This document shows, piece by piece, positions 29,940-37,542 of a stretch of 64,000 bases of DNA (position 1 is the first letter of the stretch; each line of letters starts with the position of its first letter). Made by a program: the position numbers and the translations under genes. The DNA lies in NCBI GenBank assembly GCA_022822855.1, contig JAJDYG010000040.1, positions 159,905-223,904 on the forward strand. The letters are read 5' to 3'. This DNA is from Dehalococcoidia bacterium (lineage in GTDB: Bacteria > Chloroflexota > Dehalococcoidia > Bin125). The notes beneath the pieces were generated by a model. It saw only the letters and a list, made by a program, of their open reading frames with translations, did no database searches and was not told the DNA's origin.

Positions 29940-30728
29940 ATGGCCGATGAAGTCCTGTTTGATGTGTCCGAGCGAGTCGCCACCATCACCCTCAATCGCC
30001 CCGACAAGATGAACACGATCAACAGCGCCCTCGGCTCTCAGCTGATCGAGTCGCTGCTCGAAGTGCGAAACAACGACGAGATCCGCAGTGCCGTGATCAC
30101 CGGCGCCGGCGACCGCGCCTTCTGCGCAGGCGCCGACCTCACTCAGGGCGACGGACCTGCTGCCTCCGCCGGACCCGCGGGCCACTTCCCCACCAACGCC
30201 GCCGACCGATTCGACGAGTTCGACGCCAAGAAACCGCTCATCGCCGCGATCAACGGCCACGCGCTCGGCGGCGGCTTCGAGATCGCCCTCGTCTGCGACC
30301 TGCGCATCGGCGCCGAGAACGCCCGCGCCCGCCTCGGACTGCCCGAGATCACGCTCGGCTTCTTCCCCCTCGCCGGCGGTCCCATGCGCCTGCCCCGCGC
30401 CATCCCCCAGGCCTACGCCAACGAGATGCTCTACCTCGGCCGCCGCCTCAGCATGGAGGAAGCCCTCCAGTGGGGCGTCATCTCCCGTCTCGTCCCCCAG
30501 GACCAGCTCCTTCCCACCGCCCAGGAGATGGCGGCCCAGGTCGCCGGCTACGCTCCGATCGCCGTCCGCGCGATGAAAGAACTGATCAACGCCCAGGGAG
30601 ACATGACCCTCGCCCAGGCCAACCGCTTCGGCGGCTCCCTCCGCTGGATCGTCGGCCAAACCGCCGACTCCAAGGAAGGCCCCCGAGCCTTCGCCGAAGG
30701 CCGCCAACCCGAGTTCAAGGGCGAGTGA
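29940..30728 (+). CDS. Enoyl-CoA hydratase/isomerase
   Basis: TLNRPDKMN, FCAGADL, GGGFEIAL, PEITLG, EGPRAF. Confidence 0.93.
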   Translation: MADEVLFDVSERVATITLNRPDKMNTINSALGSQLIESLLEVRNNDEIRSAVITGAGDRAFCAGADLTQGDGPAASAGPAGHFPTNAADRFDEFDAKKPLIAAINGHALGGGFEIALVCDLRIGAENARARLGLPEITLGFFPLAGGPMRLPRAIPQAYANEMLYLGRRLSMEEALQWGVISRLVPQDQLLPTAQEMAAQVAGYAPIAVRAMKELINAQGDMTLAQANRFGGSLRWIVGQTADSKEGPRAFAEGRQPEFKGE

Positions 30729-30746
30729 TCGAGACAGGACCAACAC

Positions 30747-31337
30747 ATGCGAAGCCAGGAATCCCTCAACGAACTCCGCTACCTCCGACGCATCCACGAG
30801 GATGTCGAAGACCAGTGGCGCGCCCCTCGACCCGACCTCAACCGTCTCCACCGCACCCTGGCCCTGCTCTACACCAGCCACGGCCTCGTCTGGAAATCCC
30901 ACGGCTGCTCGGGCGCCGGAGAGCATGACCCCTACGCCGGCGAAATCGTCGAACTCGCCCTGCGCATCGAACGATCAGTCCAGCGAGGTGCCCACCGAGC
31001 CTTCAGCCTCTTCGAACAGTGGCGCTGCGAGGCCTGTAGCTGGAACCACAACGCCCTCTACACCCTCTGGGCCACGACCGCCGACCCCGGCGCTGAGTTC
31101 CAACCCCTCGACGCCATCGACGACCACCGAGCCATGCACGAGCGGGCAGACCAGGGTCTCGACCAACCCCTTCCCGAAGCCCTCGACATCCGCAACAACG
31201 CTGCCAGCATCCGACTCGAAGCCAACGCTCAAATCGCAAGGCGACTCCAACACTGGACCGCCGAAGGCCTCCTCAGCAACGATGTCGACAAGCGTTACGC
31301 AGCCGAACTCGCCGCACCAGCCGTAGTGCCAGCCTGA
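30747..31337 (+). CDS. Hypothetical protein (196 aa)
   Basis: Fills the gap between the crotonase and CoA-transferase genes with tight spacing and host-like codon usage; no motif recognised. Confidence 0.65.
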   Translation: MRSQESLNELRYLRRIHEDVEDQWRAPRPDLNRLHRTLALLYTSHGLVWKSHGCSGAGEHDPYAGEIVELALRIERSVQRGAHRAFSLFEQWRCEACSWNHNALYTLWATTADPGAEFQPLDAIDDHRAMHERADQGLDQPLPEALDIRNNAASIRLEANAQIARRLQHWTAEGLLSNDVDKRYAAELAAPAVVPA

Positions 31338-31341
31338 TCCC

Positions 31342-32520
31342 ATGACCTACCTCCCCCTCGACCATCTCTTCGTCCTCGACCTCACCCGAGCCCGCGCCGG
31401 GCCGACCGCCACCCGACAGCTCGGCGACTGGGGCGCCGACGTGCTCAAGGTCGAGCAGCCCGAAGAGGCCGAGGGCATGACCGGCGGCCGCGAGTCCTCC
31501 GACTTCCTCAACCTGCACCGCAACAAGCGCTCGCTCACCCTCAACCTCAAGGAGCCCGAGGCCGTCGAGATCTTCCTCACCCTCGTCGAACGCGCCGACG
31601 TCGTCGTGGAGAACTACCGCGCCGACGTTAAGCGCCGGCTCGGCATCGACTACGAGGCCTGCCGCGCCCGCAACCCGCGCATCGTCTACGGCAGCATCTC
31701 CGGCTTCGGACAGGATGGACCCTACGCCTGGCGCGCCGGCGTCGACCAGATCGCGCAGGGGCTCGGCGGGATCATGACGGTCAACGGACTGCCCGGCGGC
31801 GGACCCGTCCGCGTCGGCATCCCGATCGCCGACCTGACCGCCGGTGGCTTCCTCGCCCAGGCCATCCTGATCGCCCTGCTCGAGCGTGAGCGCTCCGGCG
31901 AGGGTCAGTGGGTCCATACCTCGCTGCTCGAGGCCCAGATCGCCATGCTCGACCTCCAGGCCACCCGCTGGACGATCGACGGCGAGGTCCCGCCCCAGGC
32001 CGGCAACGATCATCCCACCTCCATGCCGACCGGCGTCTACGAGACCGCCGACGGGCACATCAACATCGCCGCCTCCGGGGGCGTCATGTTCGCCCGGCTC
32101 TGCCGAGCCATCGAGGCCGAGGAACTGCTCGACCACCCCGACTTCGCCTCCTCCGTCCGACGCTCGAAGAACCGCGCCGACCTCAACGAGCAGATCAACC
32201 AGCGCACCCGCACCGACACCTCCGAGCACTGGATCGAGTGTCTCAACGAGGCCGGCGTCCCCTGCGGACCGATCTACGACATCCCCGCAACCTTCGCCGA
32301 CGAACAGGTCAAACACCTCGGCATCGCCCGCCAGGCTCCGCACCCCGACCGAGGAGAAATCACCGTCGTCGGACAACCGATCAACCTCACCCGAACCCCC
32401 CAACCCGAGAGAATGCGCCTCGGCACCCCAGCCCTCGGGCAGCACACCGACGAAGTCCTCACCGACCTCGGATACACCCCCGACGCCATCACCGACCTCC
32501 GCGCCCGCGGCGTCATCTGA
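31342..32520 (+). CDS. Family III CoA-transferase (CaiB/BaiF/Frc)
   Basis: VLDLT...AGP, LGDWGADVLKVE, RNKRSLTLNLK, ENYR, GFGQDGP, catalytic D in IADLTAG, LGQHT. Confidence 0.95.
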   Translation: MTYLPLDHLFVLDLTRARAGPTATRQLGDWGADVLKVEQPEEAEGMTGGRESSDFLNLHRNKRSLTLNLKEPEAVEIFLTLVERADVVVENYRADVKRRLGIDYEACRARNPRIVYGSISGFGQDGPYAWRAGVDQIAQGLGGIMTVNGLPGGGPVRVGIPIADLTAGGFLAQAILIALLERERSGEGQWVHTSLLEAQIAMLDLQATRWTIDGEVPPQAGNDHPTSMPTGVYETADGHINIAASGGVMFARLCRAIEAEELLDHPDFASSVRRSKNRADLNEQINQRTRTDTSEHWIECLNEAGVPCGPIYDIPATFADEQVKHLGIARQAPHPDRGEITVVGQPINLTRTPQPERMRLGTPALGQHTDEVLTDLGYTPDAITDLRARGVI

Positions 32521-32544
32521 GCGTTCAATCCCAGGAGACCACCT

Positions 32545-33351
32545 ATGAAACACCACGTCCCCCTCGACACCGACAAGATGCTCGCCTGGTCCGAGGACGG
32601 TATCGGCTGGATGGTCTTCAACAACCCCGACAAGCTGAACGCCATGGGCGTCGCCATGAACGCCGCCATCCCCACCATCATGCACACCTTCCGCGACGAC
32701 GCTGACGTCCGCGTCGTGGTGATGAAGGGCGCCGGCGACCGCGCTTTCGTCTCAGGCGCGGACATCTCCGAGTTCGAGGCCCAGCGCTCCAACCCCGAGA
32801 CCATCGCCAAGTACGACCGCATCGGCGCCGCGGCCGGCCGAGCCTACGGCGAACTCGACAAACCCATCATCGCCATGATCCAGGGCTACTGCATGGGCGG
32901 CGGACTGCTCACCGCCCTCCGCGCCGACCTCCGCATCGCCTCCGACGATTCCCAGTTCGGCGTCCCCGCCGCCCGCCTCGGCCTCGGCTACGGCTACGCG
33001 GGTGTCAAGACGCTCGTCGACCTGGTCGGCTTCGCCGCTGCACAGGAGATCCTGCTCACCGGCAAACGTTTCCCCGCCGCCGACGCGGCGCGCTGGAACC
33101 TGATCAACCGGGTCACCACCCTCGAAGACCTAGAACCCACCGTCCACGACCTCGCCGCCACCATCGCCCAGAACGCTCCCATGACCATCCGAGCCATCCG
33201 CCGAGCCATCCAGGAAATCCCCAAAGACCCCGACCGCCGTGACCTCGACGAAGTCGACCGCCTCGTCCAGGCCTGCTTCGCTTCCAACGACTACAAAGAA
33301 GGCCGAACCGCCTTCATGCAAAAGCGCCGCCCCGTCTTCCGCGACGCCTAA
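32545..33351 (+). CDS. Crotonase-family protein lacking both canonical catalytic Glu
   Basis: NNPDKLNA, FVSGADISEF, GGGLLTA, PAARLG. Confidence 0.92.
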   Translation: MKHHVPLDTDKMLAWSEDGIGWMVFNNPDKLNAMGVAMNAAIPTIMHTFRDDADVRVVVMKGAGDRAFVSGADISEFEAQRSNPETIAKYDRIGAAAGRAYGELDKPIIAMIQGYCMGGGLLTALRADLRIASDDSQFGVPAARLGLGYGYAGVKTLVDLVGFAAAQEILLTGKRFPAADAARWNLINRVTTLEDLEPTVHDLAATIAQNAPMTIRAIRRAIQEIPKDPDRRDLDEVDRLVQACFASNDYKEGRTAFMQKRRPVFRDA

Positions 33352-33490
33352 CCCCCTCCAATCCCCTCTCCCCCGCGGCGCGGGAGGCCAGAGCTTGCGC
33401 GCTGGGCGCAGCGGAAGCTGGGTATGCGGGACTGGATCCCGCAGGTCGACGGGGATTGAGGGTGAACGCGAGAAAAAACGCGGACGGGTA

Positions 33491-33844
33491 TTAGGGAGGT
33501 TCGTCCTCGTCCTGATTGGAGGCTTCGTCGTCGTCCTCGTCCTGCTCGGCTTCGGCCTCAGCTTGGGCTTCCGCTTCGAGCCTGGCCTTGGCTTCGGCCC
33601 GTTCCATGTCCATCAGGCGGTCGATCTGCTCGTCGCTCATCAAGGTGACGAGAAGAGCGGGATCGTCCAAGTCGGGTAGCTGCTGCTGCGGGAGGGCGTC
33701 GTGCTGACCACGAGGGAAGAGGTCGAGCAGGCGGCAGAGCGAGTCGAGCGCGCGGACCTGGACGTAGCCGCGCTCGTTGGGGTCGTTGGCGATGGCCCAG
33801 TAGCGGTCGTGGATGGTTTGTCGGTTTGCTTGCGGGGTGTTCAT
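33491..33844 (-). CDS. Small hypothetical protein with acidic tail (117 aa), weak terminase-small-subunit-like helix motif
   Basis: YWAIANDPNERGYVQVRALDSLCRLLDLF core, EAEA linker, D/E tail. Confidence 0.6.
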   Translation of the reverse strand: MNTPQANRQTIHDRYWAIANDPNERGYVQVRALDSLCRLLDLFPRGQHDALPQQQLPDLDDPALLVTLMSDEQIDRLMDMERAEAKARLEAEAQAEAEAEQDEDDDEASNQDEDEPP

Positions 33845-33860
33845 GGCGGGTCCCTTCGGT

Positions 33861-33872
33861 GAACATGCGTTT
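33861..33872. promoter_or_regulatory. Putative LexA (SOS) box upstream of 33491..33844
   Basis: GAAC-ATGC-GTTT fits GAAC-RNRY-GTTY; a weaker second site (GAAA-GAGT-GTTC) lies at 33889-33900. Confidence 0.45.
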
Positions 33873-33954
33873 GGGGTTGATGGTATGTGAAAGAGTGTTC
33901 GGAGTTTGTATCGTGGTTGGCGGTTGGGGAGCCACAGGGAGTCCCCCTTTGTCT

Positions 33955-34112
33955 CCGCATCCCCTGATCAAGTCAGGGCAGGCAAGTGCGAGGCAGGCGT
34001 TCGGCGTCTCCCCCACGCACCCCCCCGTCATTCCCGCGCAGACGGGAATCCCGCTCCATTCCCTCTCCCCCGCCGCCAGCGGGGGGAGATGTCCCGTTGT
34101 GACAGAGGGGGG
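33955..34112. repeat. Mixed REP cluster: nested TCAAG palindromes, dRS3-like GTCATTCCCGCG-N-GGGAATC, CTCCCCC family
   Basis: CCGCATC[CCCTGATCAAGTCAGGGCAGGC]AAGTGCGAGGCAGGC; GTCATTCCCGCGCAGACGGGAATC; CTCTCCCCCGCCGCCAGCGGGGGGAGATGTCCCGTTGTGACAGAGGGGGG. Confidence 0.8.
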
Positions 34113-34166
34113 CGCCCCAACCTATGCGACAATCCAACACAGGAACGCCGCACAGGACGACGAAGT

Positions 34167-35609
34167 ATGGCCGAGCCGAACTGGAACAACCGCACGCTGT
34201 TCGTCGCCGACAACGTCCGAGTCCTCCGAGGCATGAACTCGGAGAGCGTCGACTGCATCGCCACCGACCCGCCGTTCAACAAGAAACGCATCTTCAACGC
34301 GCCGCTCGGCTCCAGGCAGGCTGAACAGCGCTTCGATGATCGCTGGCGCTGGGACGAGGTGACAGACGAATGGCAAGACTTGATCGCGACCGACCATCCG
34401 GCGATCAAGGAGATCATCGAGGCGGCGGTCGTCATCGAGGGCGGAAGCATTGACCATCGCACCGGGAAGATCGACACAGGCCGAGTCAGGAACTCAATCG
34501 CCGCCTACCTCGCCTATATGGCCCCGCGCCTCGTCGAGATGCACCGCGTGCTCAAGCCGACGGGCGTACTGTTCATGCAGTGCGACACGGAGGCCAACGC
34601 CTATCTGAGGCTGCTGCTCGACGCAGTGTTCGGCCGTCGCAATTTCATCAACGAAATCACACGGCGGCGAGTGGAAGCCAAAAGCTATCCCACACGGCGC
34701 CTGCCGGCCAACAGCGACACGATCCTTGCCTATGGCAAGTCCAACAAGCACAAGTGGAACTCGTCCTTCGAGCCATACGACTTGGCCAATCTCGACGAGA
34801 AGACAGAGCGTCAATACGACCTGTGGGACGGCGCTCGCCGCTACACCCTCGATAACTTGGTGCATCCCGAGGGCAACCGCCCGAATCTGACCTATGAGTT
34901 CCTGGGAGTCACTCGGGTCTGGCGCTGGGAACGGGAGCGCATGGAAGCAGCGTATGAAGCGGGGCGGGTCGTCCAGACCGCGCCCGGCAACGTACCGCGC
35001 TACAAGCGCTACCTCGATGAACAGCCTGGTCGCAAGCGGGACGATATCTGGGACGATGTCGTCCAGTTGGAGACCAGCGAGTTGGATTGGGACACGCGCA
35101 AGCCGCTCAGTCTCTACAAGCGGCTGATTGAATGCGGGTCCGACGAAGGGGACATGGTGCTCGATCCCTTCGCCGGCTGCGCGACGGCCTGTGTCGCAGC
35201 CGAGGATTTGCAGCGCAAATGGGTCGGGATCGACATCGATCCCGTCGCCGAGGAAGCGACGTACATCCGGCTGCGCGAGGCGACAGGGCTGAACATGACG
35301 GAACAGCCGGTCACCGTGCGCAAGTCGCCGCCGCGACGCCAGGACGTACAGCGGGTCCCGGACGACAAGCTGCGAGACGTCCTCTGGAACCGGCAGGGCC
35401 GTCTATGCGCCAACCCGTACTGCGATGCGGAGAATCTGCGCAAGGTCGATCTGCAACTCGATCACCGCATCCCAAAGGTCCGCGGCGGTGAAGACGGAGT
35501 GATGAACCGAATCGGCCTATGCGGAAACTGCAACGCTCGCAAGGGCAGCAAGGCTTGGGGTCTGTTCCTAGACGAGGAACGAGCCAAACTTCCCCACAAG
35601 AAGGTGTAG
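34167..35609 (+). CDS. Beta-class N4/N6 DNA methyltransferase fused to a C-terminal HNH endonuclease
   Basis: DN..VL..M...SVDCIATDPPF, RKPLSLYKRLI, VLDPFAGCAT; C-terminal CANPYC...DHRIPKVRGG..N..GLC..CN..KG. Confidence 0.9.
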   Translation: MAEPNWNNRTLFVADNVRVLRGMNSESVDCIATDPPFNKKRIFNAPLGSRQAEQRFDDRWRWDEVTDEWQDLIATDHPAIKEIIEAAVVIEGGSIDHRTGKIDTGRVRNSIAAYLAYMAPRLVEMHRVLKPTGVLFMQCDTEANAYLRLLLDAVFGRRNFINEITRRRVEAKSYPTRRLPANSDTILAYGKSNKHKWNSSFEPYDLANLDEKTERQYDLWDGARRYTLDNLVHPEGNRPNLTYEFLGVTRVWRWERERMEAAYEAGRVVQTAPGNVPRYKRYLDEQPGRKRDDIWDDVVQLETSELDWDTRKPLSLYKRLIECGSDEGDMVLDPFAGCATACVAAEDLQRKWVGIDIDPVAEEATYIRLREATGLNMTEQPVTVRKSPPRRQDVQRVPDDKLRDVLWNRQGRLCANPYCDAENLRKVDLQLDHRIPKVRGGEDGVMNRIGLCGNCNARKGSKAWGLFLDEERAKLPHKKV

Positions 35610-35690
35610 GGCTGGCAGTCCCGCAGTCGACATGCCGCCATGAGGTAGTCGATGGCGCTGAGGGCGCTGCCTGCGCCGGAGCTGGTCGTG

Positions 35691-36548
35691 TCAAATATGC
35701 GGCTGTGATTCCGCAGCGTCTTCTCCAACAGCGAGTTCCCTAATCTGAGGCGATACTGGCACAAGCAACGGATCTGGCCGAAGCTCCGCGCCGACTGAGA
35801 CGGCAAATCTGTATTCCTGTTGCCATGCGTACTTATTCCTCTTGATAAAACACGCTGCGATCGATTTCTCCAGTTCATTCAATCGCTCAACAATTGAGAA
35901 GCTATCGTCGGTGTAAAGAACTCGGCCATGATACACGTGAACTATCCGCTCGTATCCTTCCGCAACCTGAAGTGCGTGAATCAGTTGCTGTTCGCCATCC
36001 CTACGGAGGCTTGACCACGGAACAGTCCCGCCAACAGCGTCTCCTAGCTCTAGGGCAAAGTCTGACGGATTTCCTATCCTTGTGGCATAGTTCGTCCCGA
36101 ATGTCTCCTTCATCCTCTGAACAACACTGCTCGAAGAAGGCTCAAGGGCTGAGCAATACAACCACATGTTGCCTGCTTGCCAAGTTACGGTACCGGACAG
36201 CGAATCCAAAAGATCCGAGCTCGTGTTGCTCGATTTGGCAATGAAGTCAACGACATCTTGATTGAATCGACCCTCCATACTGTCACCTATCCCGTCTGCC
36301 GCCTCTTCAATCTGTCGATAGTGCTGAAGAGATCCAAGCTGTATTGTGTCCGCAAATGGAATCGCGTATCGCTTTTCGGACAGTTTTACTAGAGTCGGCG
36401 GATCCGGTGAGACATCATCCTTGAATTCGACTTGGAAGGTGAATACGGTGTATCTCGGGTGAACCTCATGAAAACCGGCTTCGGGCCTAGTAATCCCTTG
36501 CCAAGGCAGTACGGCCGATCTGTCGGAGTTGTGAAACGGAATCCTCAT
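35691..36548 (-). CDS. Low-GC hypothetical protein, DUF2971-like motifs (start uncertain)
   Basis: GSLQHYRQIE..GIGD..EG, LYCS, FIKRNKYAWQQEYRF; visibly lower GC than its neighbours. Confidence 0.65.
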   Translation of the reverse strand: MRIPFHNSDRSAVLPWQGITRPEAGFHEVHPRYTVFTFQVEFKDDVSPDPPTLVKLSEKRYAIPFADTIQLGSLQHYRQIEEAADGIGDSMEGRFNQDVVDFIAKSSNTSSDLLDSLSGTVTWQAGNMWLYCSALEPSSSSVVQRMKETFGTNYATRIGNPSDFALELGDAVGGTVPWSSLRRDGEQQLIHALQVAEGYERIVHVYHGRVLYTDDSFSIVERLNELEKSIAACFIKRNKYAWQQEYRFAVSVGAELRPDPLLVPVSPQIRELAVGEDAAESQPHI

Positions 36549-36650
36549 TTGCTCTCACATTCGCCGTGCGCCCGACCGAGGACCGAAAGCGTTATGCGAA
36601 GCTTATCTCGCGTCGGCTGACCTTGAACCGGGCGGAAAGTGTCTTCCGGA

Positions 36651-37211
36651 TCAGACGGTGTTTCTCTCACCCTTCCGACAGCCCAGCGAAGTCCTCAGCA
36701 GACCCGCAATGCGATGCTGCTGTTCCTGACTCAGCTTGCCGCAGCTTGTTCGGGCGTGCAGCGTGTCTGTCAAGGCCGCGAACACCGCAGCGGCGGGATG
36801 CGTCAGCGACTGGCCCTTGTGGTCCCGGAACCAGTTGATGATCTCCTGGGCTCGCCAGAGTGGGTCCGGATCGTCCGGATCGCTCAGATGAGGCGGGAAC
36901 GCCGGGTCGCCGACTAGCCGGCGAGTCTCCGCCAGCGAGCGCCCGCTGCGCTCTGCAATGTCCCCGAGCGTCCAGAACGACTCGTCGCGCAACCCTACTA
37001 CGCGTACGCCGTTGATCCGCTCGACATCGTCGATCGCCGAGAGCACAGCATCCTCCACGGTCTCGGCTTCGCGGCTGAACAGGATCTCAGAGACACCGTC
37101 GTAGGTGCCGATGAGCGGCCCATCTGCGCAGGCGCCCCAGAGCGCGTCAAAGCCTCCATCCTCGCCGGCATCTATCCCGCTCAGGATCAGAGAGAAGTCC
37201 CAGGTGCGCAC
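36651..37211 (-). CDS. Putative antitoxin: HicB-like N-terminal domain plus AlpA-like HTH
   Basis: FSREAETVEDAVLSAIDDV; TLGDIAERSGRS...FP...PLWRAQEIINWF; directly downstream of the HicA-like gene. Confidence 0.75.
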   Translation of the reverse strand: MRTWDFSLILSGIDAGEDGGFDALWGACADGPLIGTYDGVSEILFSREAETVEDAVLSAIDDVERINGVRVVGLRDESFWTLGDIAERSGRSLAETRRLVGDPAFPPHLSDPDDPDPLWRAQEIINWFRDHKGQSLTHPAAAVFAALTDTLHARTSCGKLSQEQQHRIAGLLRTSLGCRKGERNTV

Positions 37212-37228
37212 TCAGGGGTCTCGATTCG

Positions 37229-37456
37229 TTAGTGCGGGCAGCGTCTCAGCGCTGCCCGCAGCGCGGCCACATGCCGTCCGACGTTGCGGGGCGTCGAGTT
37301 CACAGACGGACGACACCCGCCGCGTTGCCCATACGGACACAGCATATGTCCCCACGGATGCGCTCGCCCGCCGCGGCTCAGTTCGATGCGCCATCCAGCT
37401 GCCTCCGCTTCGCGCAGCACCGTCTCAATCTCCTTGATCGGATGCCGGCGTCTCAC
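37229..37456 (-). CDS. HicA-like toxin (75 aa)
   Basis: HPIKEIE.VL..AE..GW, GGRAH.WG..CP, S..STPRN; basic protein of dsRBD-like size. Confidence 0.7.
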   Translation of the reverse strand: MRRRHPIKEIETVLREAEAAGWRIELSRGGRAHPWGHMLCPYGQRGGCRPSVNSTPRNVGRHVAALRAALRRCPH

Positions 37457-37542
37457 CGCTCAACGATACCCCCCGAAACCGACAATCCTCCCAGCCCATG
37501 ACGCCCGATCGACGCACCGGCATGGCGGATGGACGCATTGAC

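Noticed and set aside
33491-37456. Prophage or integrative element
   Set aside because: No integrase, capsid, large terminase, replication or conjugation genes and no att-like repeats; only a weak terminase-small-like helix.
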